Shown here: piece by piece, positions 40,317 through 52,560 of the stretch | How the letters are laid out: each line of letters begins with the position of its first letter | Position numbering within the stretch: position 1 is the first letter of the stretch | Assembly: GCF_001194135.2 (NCBI RefSeq) | Contig: NC_068986.1 | Location: forward strand, 43,927,351-43,991,350 | DNA length: 64,000 bases | Direction: 5' to 3' | From: Octopus bimaculoides | Lineage: Eukaryota | The notes under the pieces: model-generated | The model's database searches: none | Seen by the model: the letters and a program-made list of their open reading frames with translations, nothing else | What the model was told of the DNA's origin: nothing | Made by a program: the position numbers and the translations under genes

Positions 40317-41362
40317 TGTTATATATACACGGATGCGGATGAAGTGGATAACAGCTAGCCTTCAGCTGCACTTTTGGACCCTGTTGTGTCCACCACTCTA
40401 ATTGGTTGGTATTGGCGCATTTTTATCTCCTGTTCTATTTCACGCCAGGGTGCAACCCAACCAATCACTGCCTTCAGATAAGGTCGCGTGGGACAGTTTT
40501 TCTGAACCCCTGTTTGAGCCGATAGTATCTTATAAATAGCTAACTTTTCACCGTCACGTTTGTCAATCAGCTTTAGACCTTCTGAGGTCTAGCCGCTGAC
40601 CACAGAGCACAGCCAGTTCCAGGGACAACACAACACAGCACATGGAGAATCGTCACCACTTCATTCAACAGCTTACTGCAAACTCCATCTTCGTCGCCAC
40701 CTCGTCTTCTTCGCATCAACACCAACGTCTCTACGTACACACCACCAACAGTACTCGCACGGGTTCTCACCTCACTGTTTGTGAATTGCTTCACCATGGT
40801 TAACAGCGAGTACAACCTGCGAGACCTCCTGTAACAAGTAACCGGCCGCAGCATTGAATCCTCATCTTCTCGTGCGACAGTATCTTTTCTCGGCTCTGCC
40901 TTGCCGCCACAACTTCTTGATACAGCACTTCAACCCCTGTGTTCCTTAACTACGAACTGGTATTTACCATCCTTGTGTCTGGACTTTCTTCTAACGTCCT
41001 TATAGACTCTTTTCTATGCTCTGTATTACTTGCACACACATGCATCCATGTTTGTATACACATACACTTTGTTTACACGACGGCCTGCCTATTATTGTGT
41101 TTATATGTCGCACTCACACACACAGATATACATGTTGACATATCAATACAACTTTTTCTTAAACCTTCTACTGGTTGTGTCTCTCTTTTCCTTTTGGCAC
41201 TTATATACATTTATCCTCTTTTCGTGTTTTTCATTTGTATTGACTGTGCGATGCGCTAAAGGAGCCATTCCTCGTCACCATCTCCTGATCGCACGGTCCT
41301 TACAAATACATGCCACATATACATAGCTTCCTCTTTTGAAGGATATTCATTTAATAAATAAA
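40317..41362 (+). mobile_element. Candidate solo LTR or LTR-like promoter unit
   Basis: Starts TGTT and is CpG-richer than its flanks. CCAAT at 40461, ATTGG at 40401 and 40411, TATAAAT at 40531, AATAAA at 41353. No TSD or clear 3' CA terminus identified. Confidence 0.4.
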
Positions 41363-42339
41363 TATATATATATATATATATATATAGTTTTAGGGAAAAG
41401 AACCAAGGTTCATGAACTCATTGATGAAAATCCACTGTCACATATAGAAAAATTAATAATAAAAAGCACAATAAATAAGTATAATATAATACAAAGTAAA
41501 TATCATAAGATCAAGATAATAAAATGACTACAAGTGTTTCATAACCAATTTTCAAATATAAAGAAATTTAAATCAATTAAAATCGATTAAAACTATCGAA
41601 AATCAATTCTATTCAAAAATATAGCTAATCTTCAGGTCAAAATACAACAATAATAATAATAAATGAATGTATCAACCAACAATAAATAACAAAGAATTCA
41701 TTGAGACAGTTTTTACTATGGCCAGATGCCTTTCTCATCATCAAACTTTGCTTGTTTCCAAATAAGGTAATATTTCTCTATCACTGGATCTGTTTCCATG
41801 GATAACTGGCAACAAATGACACTGCTTGTATGATGGTGACACTTGTATACAACTATCACATAATGTCTAGATGTGGCAGAGAAGCTAACTTCTTAACCAC
41901 ACAGCCATGCCTGATATATATAAATGTATTATTTGGTATTGCTAATCAATTTATGGAAAAACAACAAAAACATTTACTGAAGCTGGGACTCAACATAAAT
42001 TAGAGTGAAATTTATTGATAATATTAGTTTGACTGGGACCTCAGGTTTCGCCTATAATGGCTTTGAATAAGTCATTAGACGTAAAACAAGCAAATGAATA
42101 TATATATATATTCATTGAGGCTGATCTATTTTTATGGTGAGATGCCCTTATGTTGTCAACCCTTATTCCAAGCAAGGTAATATTTCCCCAATGCCACACA
42201 TACTTTTCAGGAAAGACAGGAAATGAACAACATCGTTTGTATGAGTAATGCTCATTTAAAACTATCACACAATATCAAGACATAAAAACACAGATATATC
42301 TTCAAGTTTTGGGGGCTAACCAGACAGCTACTTCTATGG

Positions 42340-43066
42340 ATGTCACATCATCATCATCATCATTGTCATTATCATCATCATCACCATCATTTAATGACTA
42401 TTGTCCATGCTGGTATAGATTGGATGGTTTGGCCAGGGCTAGCAAGCTGGAAGGTTGCACCAGTCTGATTTGGCATGCTTTCTACAGCTGGATGCCCTTC
42501 CTAACACCAACCACTTCGAGAGTGTAATGGGTGCTTTTACATGCAACTGGCACAAGTACCATTTGCATGACATCAGTATCTGCCACAACTGCAACTTTAC
42601 TTGGCTTGATTATAATGCCGAGGGTTTCAGTCATTTGTGATTGACTCTATGAGGTCTAACACTCGAAAGGTAAGGTGCTTTTCATGTACCACTGGCATCA
42701 GCCACTTTGCCTCCGTGAAGCCCAACGCTCAAAAGGTGCTTTTTACGTGCCACCAGCACACAGGTGCCAGTTACGTGACACCAACATCAGCCACAACGAC
42801 AATTTCACTTCGCTTGCCAGGTCTTCTCAAGCACAGCATATCACCAAAGGCCTCAGTCACTAGTCATTGCCTCTGTGAGGCCCAAAGCTCGAAGTTCATG
42901 CATCACCACCTCATCCCATGTCTTCTTGGGTTTACCTGTACCACGGGTTCCTTCTACAGTTAAAGGTCAGCTCTTCTTTACACAGCTGTCCTCGTCCATA
43001 TGTATCACATGACCATACCAGCGCAGTCGTCTCTCTGGCACACCACACCTGATGCCTCTTATGCCA
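42340..43066 (-). mobile_element. RTE LINE 3' fragment
   Basis: (CAT)n tail on the plus strand, conserved 3' terminus, and RT C-terminal remnant (rc of WYGHVIHMDED, KTWDEVV). Confidence 0.8.
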
Positions 43067-43262
43067 AGTATATTTAATGTCAGAAAAAGACACTAGGTCT
43101 CTGAGAATCTGTGTAAGGTTTCACAAGTTCCTAAAAAGGCAGCAGGAGACTACTCTCATGTATCTTCACTAAGAAAACTGCCTTCACAGTATTGCCACTA
43201 CAGCATCACAAGAGTTGGTTCAAACTCAATGGTTGACTTCACAGATACAGAGCTGAACTTAC

Positions 43263-43379
43263 CTTACTTTCAGGATGATAAACAACAAAATAGGGGGTAG
43301 ATCTTAAAGGCACTTTTCTCACGGGCCATGGTGAATCATAAGTAAGATGGGTAGGCAAAACACATATCCGTAGCTCACC
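43263..43379 (-). CDS. CPSF1: CPSF1 coding exon, [39 protein letters not shown]
   Basis: 117 nt, tttag / gtaag, phase 0-0. Resembles human [26 protein letters not shown]. Confidence 0.96.
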
Positions 43380-44708
43380 CTAAATCAAAGAAAGAAAAAA
43401 ATGATTATTTAACTAAAACAACAAATAAGCATTATTTCAGAAAAAACTATTGAACACAGGTGCCAGTTACGTGACACCAACATCAGCGACAACTACAATT
43501 TCACTTCGCTTGCCAGGTCTTTCAAATTCAAGCACAAGGCCAGCAATTTGGGTGGAGGGGGTAAGTCGATTACATTGACCCCAGTGCTCAGTTACTACTT
43601 ATTTTACTGACCTTGAAAGGATAAAAGACCAAGTCAACCCTGGCAGAATTTGAACTCAGAATATAAAGACAGATGAAATGCCGCTAAGTATTTTGCCCAG
43701 TGTATTAAATATTCTGACAGCTCGCAGCCTTATTGAACAATAATATTAACCAATATCTATGTCCACTGAATATCATGCTGAACATATTATCTGATTAACA
43801 TCACTATATTCTTATTTTTTAATTCTCTTAGACGCAGGCTGCATGGTTAAGAAGTTTGCTTTCCAACTATGTTGCTTTGAGTTCAGTCTAACCGCATAGC
43901 ACTTTAGGCAAATGTCTGCTGCTTTAACACAGGGCTGATCAAAGCCACGTCAGTGAATAGCAAGAAGCCCATCATATATGCGTGTGTGTTTGTATAGACA
44001 CACAAACAAAACTTCTGTAGAGTTTGTGTCTACCAAATTCACTCACAAGGTCCAGAGATATAGTGGAAGACACTAGCTCAAGGTGTTATGCAGTGGGACT
44101 GATCTCAAAACTACATGGTTGTAAATTAGCCTTCTTACCACACAGCCATGCTAACACTTATACCATTATTTTCACACAGATTCTCTATGCTGATCCTTGA
44201 TTCTCCTCAACAACCTCTCTCATAAGAAATGTTAAGCACTCAACAACAGTTAATCCACTTTTGGCATTGATTCTTGTCCTCAAAAAACTTAGCCACTTCA
44301 TTAAACCTAGTATTTAATCGGAACAGATTCTCATTAACTTGAGCAATATGTTTTTCACAAAGCTCCTCCAACACCAGAAGGATATCTGGCTTGATTTTCG
44401 TGACTCAAAAGAGTAACCAGTGGTAAACATGGTCTACTCAAAGCATGTCCAACCAAAATTTACTCGTTTTGGTCACTGGACTGCAACTATGCTGGAGCAC
44501 AGCTTTGAAGAGTTTAGTTCAACAAATTGACCCCGGTACTTATTTTTAAGTCTGGTACTTGTTCTATCATTCACTTCTGTCAAACCACTAAGTCACGAGA
44601 ATGTAAACAAGCCAATACTGATTATCAAGAACTGATGGAGATAAACACAAAGTCATTCATACACACACATACACAGACACTTATGCACATGCTACAGTCT
44701 TTCACAGT

Positions 44709-44945
44709 TTCTTATTTCTTTATTGCCCACAAGGGGCTAAACATAGAGGGGACAAACAAGGACAGACAAAGGGATTAAGTCGATTACATCGACCCCAGTA
44801 CGTAACTGGTACTTTATTTATCGACCCGGAAAGGATGAAAGGCAAAGTCGACCTCGGCGGAATTTGAACTCAGAACGTAACGACGGGCGAAATACCGCTA
44901 AGCACTTTGCCTGGCATGCAAATGTTTCAGCCAGCTCGCCATCTT
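44709..44945 (-). mobile_element. tRNA-headed SINE family B, CpG-rich young copy
   Basis: rc ggcgagctggctgaaac...gttctgagttcaaattccgccgaggtcgactttgcctttcatcctttccgggtcgataaa. Other copies at about 34215-34400, 43527-43735, 49899-50047 and 53567-53775. Confidence 0.82.
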
Positions 44946-45376
44946 TCACAGCTTCTGTCTACCAAATTCACTTACAAGAAACTGGTCAGTCTAGGGCTAT
45001 ACTAAAAGACACTGGCACAAAGTGCTGGCCACACAGTGGGACTGAACCTGAAACCACATGGCTGCAAAGCAAGTTTCTTAACTACACAGCCATGCCAGTG
45101 CTGAGAACACATTAAACAAATCATGATATACATACATATTAATACATATAATTAATACACATAATTAATACATTTTTAAAATACCCAGACTTACACTTAA
45201 AAGTTCCACACTTCAATTATAGTGTTCAAATATGACATGTTGCACCCATTTGTTCTCTGACATTTTTATATAATGACATTGGTACTATTCCAATATCAAC
45301 TAACAATGAAAATGGTACCAAATTGATTTCAAACACAATTTGGATGTAAGTAAACAAGAAAAAGAAATGAACTTAC

Positions 45377-45529
45377 AGCTTTGTTGAAATATAAGAAACC
45401 TTTTGGGCAGTTGATATTATGGAAAGGAGCGAAACATGTAATCGGGCCATCAATGTTCATAGGGTGTATTCGAAGGGAACCCCGAGCAGTCATGATAATC
45501 CAGTGGGGATATGCACCGCATATAAAAAC
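45377..45529 (-). CDS. CPSF1: CPSF1 coding exon, [51 protein letters not shown]
   Basis: 153 nt, tgtag / gtaag, phase 0-0. Closely resembles human VFICGPSPHW...FHNVNCPRGFLYFN. Confidence 0.96.
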
Positions 45530-46241
45530 CTACAAATAAAATAAATATGTTTTGTGATTAAAACTTTTTGATAGCATATGTAATTGATAAGAAAATAAAC
45601 TGTTACTGAGTTTTTCAATGTGAGTCACTGAACTTGCTAGAAATAGCAGACAAATTTCTCCCAAACCACACCCTACTATCTTTTTTAAAGAAGGACACAT
45701 TGGAGAATGTAGTCCAGAGTACACTAGTCAGCGCCCTAAGTCTGCACAAGCGCCACAACTCAGAATTTCCAAAACTATTCACTTTCTTCAGATGTAAACA
45801 TTATATGCATAACTTAAATAAGAGAAAAATTAAATATGTAAGAACTTCTTTCTCACACAAAGAAGGGGACATCATCAACATTATTATTTTAATGTCCACT
45901 TCTTCATGCTCACATGGGTCAGACGAAATTTTGTGGAGGCAGATTTTTTACAGCCAGATACCTTTCTTGTTACCAACTCTCACCAGTTTTTGAGGCATAT
46001 ATTTCCATGATCAGACATGCTTTTCACAGAAGATGGAGAACGAAGGGCACCGCTTCCATGACAGTGACAATCGTCTACAACTATTACGTGATGTCAATGA
46101 GACAGTAACACACATACAACACACACACACACACACACATAAGTAATTAAGATTCAGTTGAATTAGGTACTTAAGTTGAAGCACCAAGTCAATCTGGTAT
46201 TATCCGCACAGCTCGAAGTAAGGTAAATAAAATCAAAATAA

Positions 46242-46425
46242 GCAATAGGATTTCAAGTAGTAATGCAGTACAATCGTTTCAAGCGGATCCATTTAATTGA
46301 ACAATGCACTCATTTTTTTCTGCAGTTGAAAGCGCTGCATTTCAATTGATGTAATGATTGCATTATTCAATTAAACTGAGCTGCTTGAAATGGTAGTACT
46401 GCATTACTACTTGAAATCCTGTTGC
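46242..46425. repeat. 184-bp near-continuous palindrome (hairpin)
   Basis: The outer 30 bp have one mismatch. The next 36 bp match at about 28 of 36 positions, with further inner pairing. Confidence 0.88.
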
Positions 46426-49400
46426 TTCGAAACGCCTAGTTTAGAATAGAGGCAGCTGATGAAGGAAAAGTTTCATAAGTGGCTCGTCTGTTTTCCTATG
46501 TGTTCATTCTGTTGTCTGTAAAAAAGTCCGTTTTTTGTGCTTTATGTTCCCGTTCCTTTTCTGACGTCCTGTACCCGGATATGCATCTATATATACATGT
46601 AGATGTAGGTATGTACATATATGTGTGTATACATGCATATGCTCATATATCATTTGTATTATATATNNNNNNNNNNNNNNNNNNNNNNNNNNNNNNNNNN
46701 NNNNNNNNNNNNNNNNNNNNNNNNNNNNNNNNNNNNNNNNNNNNNNNNNNNNNNNNNNNNNNNNNNNNNNNNNNNNNNNNNNNNNNNNNNNNNNNNNNNN
46801 NNNNNNNNNNNNNNNNNNNNNNNNNNNNNNNNNNNNNNNNNNNNNNNNNNNNNNNNNNNNNNNNNNNNNNNNNNNNNNNNNNNNNNNNNNNNNNNNNNNN
46901 NNNNNNNNNNNNNNNNNNNNNNNNNNNNNNNNNNNNNNNNNNNNNNNNNNNNNNNNNNNNNNNNNNNNNNNNNNNNNNNNNNNNNNNNNNNNNNNNNNNN
47001 NNNNNNNNNNNNNNNNNNNNNNNNNNNNNNNNNTATATATATATATATATATACACATACATATACAATGGGCTTCTTTCAGTTTCTGTCTACCAAATCC
47101 ACTCCCAAGGTTTTAGCTAGCTTAGGGCTATATATAGTAGAAGACACTTGCCCAAGGTGTCTTGCAGTGGGACTGAACCTAGAAACTTATGGTTGGGAAG
47201 CTCACTTCTTACCACACAGCCATACCTGCACCTAGGATATATGGCAAAAATAATAGGGTACTAGTAAAACTACTTTACAAATATTTCAGTTTTATGCCAC
47301 TACAATTTGAGAACAATTCTTTCCGGTGTTGACTTCACTTTTCATCTTTTTAACAAAGGGTGAAAGGCGAATATCATAGGGATAATTCAATCAAACATAA
47401 CCCATATAAATATCTCAAAAATATCGGATTTCCGATTAATCAAATGGGGTTATTAACAAGGAGGTATGTTTCATTTATTGTAAAGTTAAAGTGATTCTAC
47501 TGATAAGAATAATGAGTGATAGCCACTGCAGCTAGTGTTGCTGTTGACGCCTATTTTTTTCCTAAGTCAGCCTTGTCTAAACAGACATATTGTCTTTTCA
47601 GGTGCCAGCGTCACATATAAAGCACGCACACTGGTGCTGTGTAAATGTACCCATGCCGGTGGCATGCAAAAAGCACCCAGCACACTCTGTAAAGTGGTTG
47701 GTATCAGGAAGGGCATCCAGCCATAGAAACCATGTCACAACAGACAATTTGGAGTCTGGACAGCTGGACAGCTCCATGTCAAACCATCTAACCCATGCCA
47801 GCATGGAAAGCAGATGTTAAATGATGATGATGATGATGACGGACTATACTGCCTAACATGTTCTCTATTTTTTTAAAACAGAAGTAATTTGAGGTATTTG
47901 TCTGCTATTTTTACTAAGTCGAGCTATCACAAAGTCTGCAAAAACTGGTAAACATCTAAATGACTGTAAACAAAAAGCAAGAATATTCTCTTTTTCCAGA
48001 CAAAAGGTTATTCTATAGGGTACATGAAACAAGTATATGATACTCATGTAAAAGAAAAAATGTGTATACTACCTAAGTCTATTAAACTATAAAGAATGGT
48101 GTAATTTAAAAATCAATAGATATCTCATTTTCTACTTTGTATCTGTGGAGGCAAAAATCACTATGTAATAATGCATAAAACTATCATTTTGAATATTAAA
48201 GTATTGCTATTTTGCTGACAGCATGTATTTCCTTTAATCCCTTATCAAGCTATATATTTCTAATTTCTAAATGGACCAACACAAAGAACTATTTGTAATA
48301 AACTAGCACTGAATCTAGAAACTGATGTCTTTCGTCCATCTAATACAACTGAAATCAGAGTTAAAAAGCAGTCCACTTAACTGCTTATACTGAGGCAATA
48401 AGACAGCTACTACATGCTTATCAACCAACTACAAAATAGCAGCCAAATCTCTCTCTGAACCACACTCTAGCATATTACAAAAGGAAGGATACATTGCACA
48501 ATGTGGCACTAAATACCATCTGAAAATAGGTGAAATGGCCATGAGTAAAATGCCTTCAATCATGGGTGTAGGTATGGTTGTAAGATTAAAAAATTCACTA
48601 ACTTAAGTTGCTCCACCTGGGCTGAACTGCAACAACCTATACTGTTTGCAAAAAGATTGGATTTACATTACTAAATAGATTTTGATGGGGTTTTTCCCTG
48701 ATTGTTTACAGTAGGACAAACATCATCAAGGCTGACTCTGCCTTTCATTCTTTCAAGGTTGATAAAATAACAACAAGCTGAGCAGTGGGTCAGCATAATT
48801 GTCTTCCCTGCCTCCTCAAAATTGCTAGCCTTGTGCCAAAATTATAAAAGAATTTTTAGACAGAATCCTAGAAATAGGTAATTAAAAGTGCATTTTGCAT
48901 TTATGATGTCCAATTGTACATAAATATCAAAGGCATATTCTTTTATTCTTTAAATTGGTCCAGTCATTTGACTGCAGCCATGTTGGAGCACTGCCTTGAA
49001 GAGTTTTTTTAGCCCAACAAATCAACCCCAGGATTTATTTTTTTAAAACCTAGTGTTTATTCTATCAGTCTCTTTTGCTGAACAACTAATTTACAGGGAT
49101 GTAAACACACCAACACCAGTTGTCAAGTAGTGATGGGGGAACAAACACAGACAAAGACACACACACACATATATACACGACACTTCCAAATCCACTCACA
49201 AGGCTTTGGTTGGCCCAAAGCTATAGTAGAAGACACTTGCCCAAGGTGCCACATAGTGGGACTGAACTAAGAACCATGTGGTTGGAAAGCTTCTTACCAC
49301 ACAGCTAAGCTATTTTTTTAATAAAGACACCTAGTAATTTGTCAAAGAAATGAAAGAAAGTAAAAATTAGTGTTTTGAATAAATGAAAAGATAAAAAAGA

Positions 49401-49718
49401 AACAGGAAAAGTATTTAAGAAATATTCCAAAACAGTTACTTCCTCATGGGAAAGAGCTAAAAAATACTGATCAGAATTTTCTGTCACAAAGTTTTAAAAA
49501 ATTTCCATCAGTAATGAAATAAAAATTTTTTTTAATTTCCAAAGAAAAAAAAAAGGAAAAATTAGTTTCAACTAATACATCTCTCGAGGGTGTATTGTTG
49601 GACATTTTCTCTGCAACATAACTAAGCATACCATTACAGTTTTTTCATGAGCTAACTCTTTTAATACCATCCCACCTAAGACCACCCATAGTTCTATGAT
49701 ACAAACTTCACACTTTAA

Positions 49719-50081
49719 CCCTTTAGCATTTCAACTGGCCATATCTGGCCAAACTATTCCACTTGTTTTATGCTCAAACTGGCCACATTCAGCCTCTCAC
49801 ACCTACCCTATAATGTCATTGTAAAAATAAACAATCACATCATTGAAATCGTGAAGCTACAAGATAATGCATGATTAATTCAAAGCATTGTGGATAATCC
49901 TTTCTACTATAGGCACAGGTAAGTCAATCACATCAACCCCAGTACTTGGCCAGTGTTTAATTTCTCAATCCCGAAAGGATGAAAAGCAAAGTTGACCTCA
50001 GCAGAATTTGAACTCAGAACATAAGGATGGACAAAATGCCGCAAGCATTACATTTGACAGAGTAATTTGAATGCTAAAGGG
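49719..50081. mobile_element. piggyBac-like MITE copy interrupted by a SINE fragment (~49899-50047)
   Basis: TTAA TSD at 49715-49718 and 50082-50085. The inner block matches the SINE at 44709-44945. Confidence 0.75.
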
Positions 50082-51321
50082 TTAAAGTGATCTAATCTAA
50101 AACTTTCTATCAAAAGTTTATATTAATTTCATGTTACTTACATCAGCTTAATAAAGATGTAGAGCATTTTACTACATTCTTCATTATTTTTAAAATTAAT
50201 TGAAACAAATGCAGTATATTTCAACAGAAATGCTATTTATCTTAAAATTTTTTTACCTAAAACTTCAACTCAAAACATAACGCTTATTAAAATACTAGCT
50301 TATAAGCCGCACTCTGTGTGGACTTTTAAGCTAGCTCCTGCAGAGAACTAACTGGACTTGCCGCCCAGAACTAAAGAGAGCAATGATAATAAAGCATTTA
50401 TTGGTACCCTGCCAATATGGTATTACTTTAAATTCAGTTTAAATGAAAAACTTGAAGTTCACAAATATTTGGAGTTCTTTTAAATTTGAATTTTCAATTG
50501 TTAGCATATAACAAATCCTCATCCAAACTTGATCACAATGTCGGATGCTCAAGAACCATATGAAGGGCAAATTTTCAATTCCGGAATCATCCCAATTCCA
50601 AAAAGGTATAATATGTCTATGCAAAGCAAATGTAGACTGAGATACAGGGGTCCCAGACGGATGGACAGACAGAATTTCATGTTTATTATTATAGATAAAT
50701 TAATAAAATATTTCATTTAAACTATGAGTCTGAATTATAATAATCAATTCCATGTTTAAAAACTAAGCTTATAAAAGAAACCTTATCTCTTTATATATAA
50801 AATTCTTTGTCTTTCTATCTGTTTCCTGTGCATTCTCAAACGGCTCAACCAAATCAAATCAAATTTTACAGGGTCATAGTATTACATCCCATATTTGGAT
50901 TAAAACAATATAACAGTTTATCTAAAATTAATCTTTCTATAGTCAACTATAATAAAGGACATTTTATACCACCACCACCACCACGTTCCAGTTTTGAATA
51001 TGAGTGTGTATGTGTCTGTGAGTATGTGTGTTTGTGCATTTGTTATGTACGTTAGACCTCAGAGAGTTAAACACACACACACATCTACACATACATACAC
51101 ATGTGTAGATGAATGTATGTGTCTGGAGTGTGTGTGTTTGCGTGTTTGTTACCTATGTTAAGCCTTAGAGAACTAAATGCACACATCTTCACATACATAT
51201 ACATATGTGATGACTGACAAGTATATGTGTGTGAGTGTATGTGAGAGTATGTATGTGTGAGTATACATACATTTTTGTGATGACTGACACACACACATCT
51301 AAAGAGTAAGAGAGACAATTA

Positions 51322-52560
51322 AAGTGTTGGATGTACAGAAAACAGATTCCATCACATGCCAGGGGGAAAAACTAAAAGTAGTTGATAGCTTCTGTTACCT
51401 AGGTGACCAAGTCAGTAGAAGGGGTAGATGCTCTGAGAGCATAGCTGCTAGAATAAGAATAGCCTGGGCAAAGTTCAGAGAGCTCCTGCCTCTGCTGGTA
51501 ACAAAGGGCCACTCGCTCAAGTGAAAGGTAGACTGTATAATGCATGTGTGCAAAAAACCATGCTACACGGCAGTGAAACATGGGTTGTGACTGCTAAGGA
51601 CATGCGTAGGCTTGAAAGAAATGAAGCTAGTATACTTCACTGGATGTGTAATGTCAGTGTGCATACATGACTGAGTGTAAGTGCCCTGAGAGAAAAGTTG
51701 AACATAAGAAGCATCAGATGTGGTATGCAAGAGAGACAACTGCACTGGTATGGTCATGTGTTGCATATGGATGAGGATGGCTGTGTGAGGAAGTGTCACA
51801 CTCTAATATTGGAGGGAACCTGCGGAAGAGATAGATCCAGGAAGACATGGGATGAGGTGGTGAAGCAGGACCTTTGAACGTTGGGCCTCACAGAGGCAAT
51901 GACAAGCAACCGAGACCTTTGGAGATATGCCGTGCTTGAGAAGTACTGGCAAGCCAAGTGAGATCGTAGCCATGGCTGATACCAGTGTCACATAACCAGC
52001 CCATTTAAAAGTATCCTTCAATTGTCAGTCAATATGTTGTACTTGAGAACACCTGTTGAATCAAGAGAAATCATAGTCGTGGCTGATGCCAGTGCTGCCT
52101 GACGTAAAAAGCAGCATTCGCACATGGCTGGTGGCACATAAAAAGCATGATTCGAGTGTGGTCGATGCCAGCAATGCCTGACTGGCTCCTGTTCTGGTTG
52201 CATGTAAAAAGTACCATTCAAGCATGGTTGATGCCAGTGCTGCCTGACTAGCTCTCGTGCTGGTGGTACATAAAAAGCACCGTTCGAGCATGGTTGATGC
52301 CATGCTGCCTGTCTGGCTCCCATGCCAGTGGCATGTAAAAAGCACAATTGATGCCAGTGTCGGCTGACTGGCCCTTGTGCTAGAGACACATAAAAAGCAC
52401 CCACTACAGTCTCAGAGTGGTTGGCATTAGGAATGGTATCTAGCTGTAGAAACGTTGCCAGATCAGATTGGAGCCTGGTGCAGCCTCCTGGCTTGCCAGT
52501 CCTCAGTCAAACCGTCCAACCCATGCCAGCATGAAAAGCAGACGCTAAACGATGATGACG
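51322..52560 (+). mobile_element. RTE-clade LINE 3' fragment (RT C-terminus, 3' UTR, GAT tail)
   Basis: VVDSFCYLGDQ...ARIRIAWAKFRELLPLL, LHGSETW, WYGHVLHMDED and KTWDEVVKQDL with stops and frameshifts. Ends aaacgatgatgacg. Confidence 0.88.

Noticed and set aside
40573-40854. 93-aa minus-strand ORF in the LTR-like block
   Set aside because: No recognisable homology, and the promoter motifs point the other way.
46427-46480. GAAAC followed by CTGATGA as a type II hammerhead
   Set aside because: The cleavage triplet would be GUU and neither stem I nor stem II pairs convincingly.
12948-47235. Long ORFs in the track (12948-13490, 14619-15087, 17115-17792, 27383-28018, 28686-29475, 46479-47235)
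   Set aside because: They stay open only because they run through N-gaps and (TA)n/(CA)n tracts.
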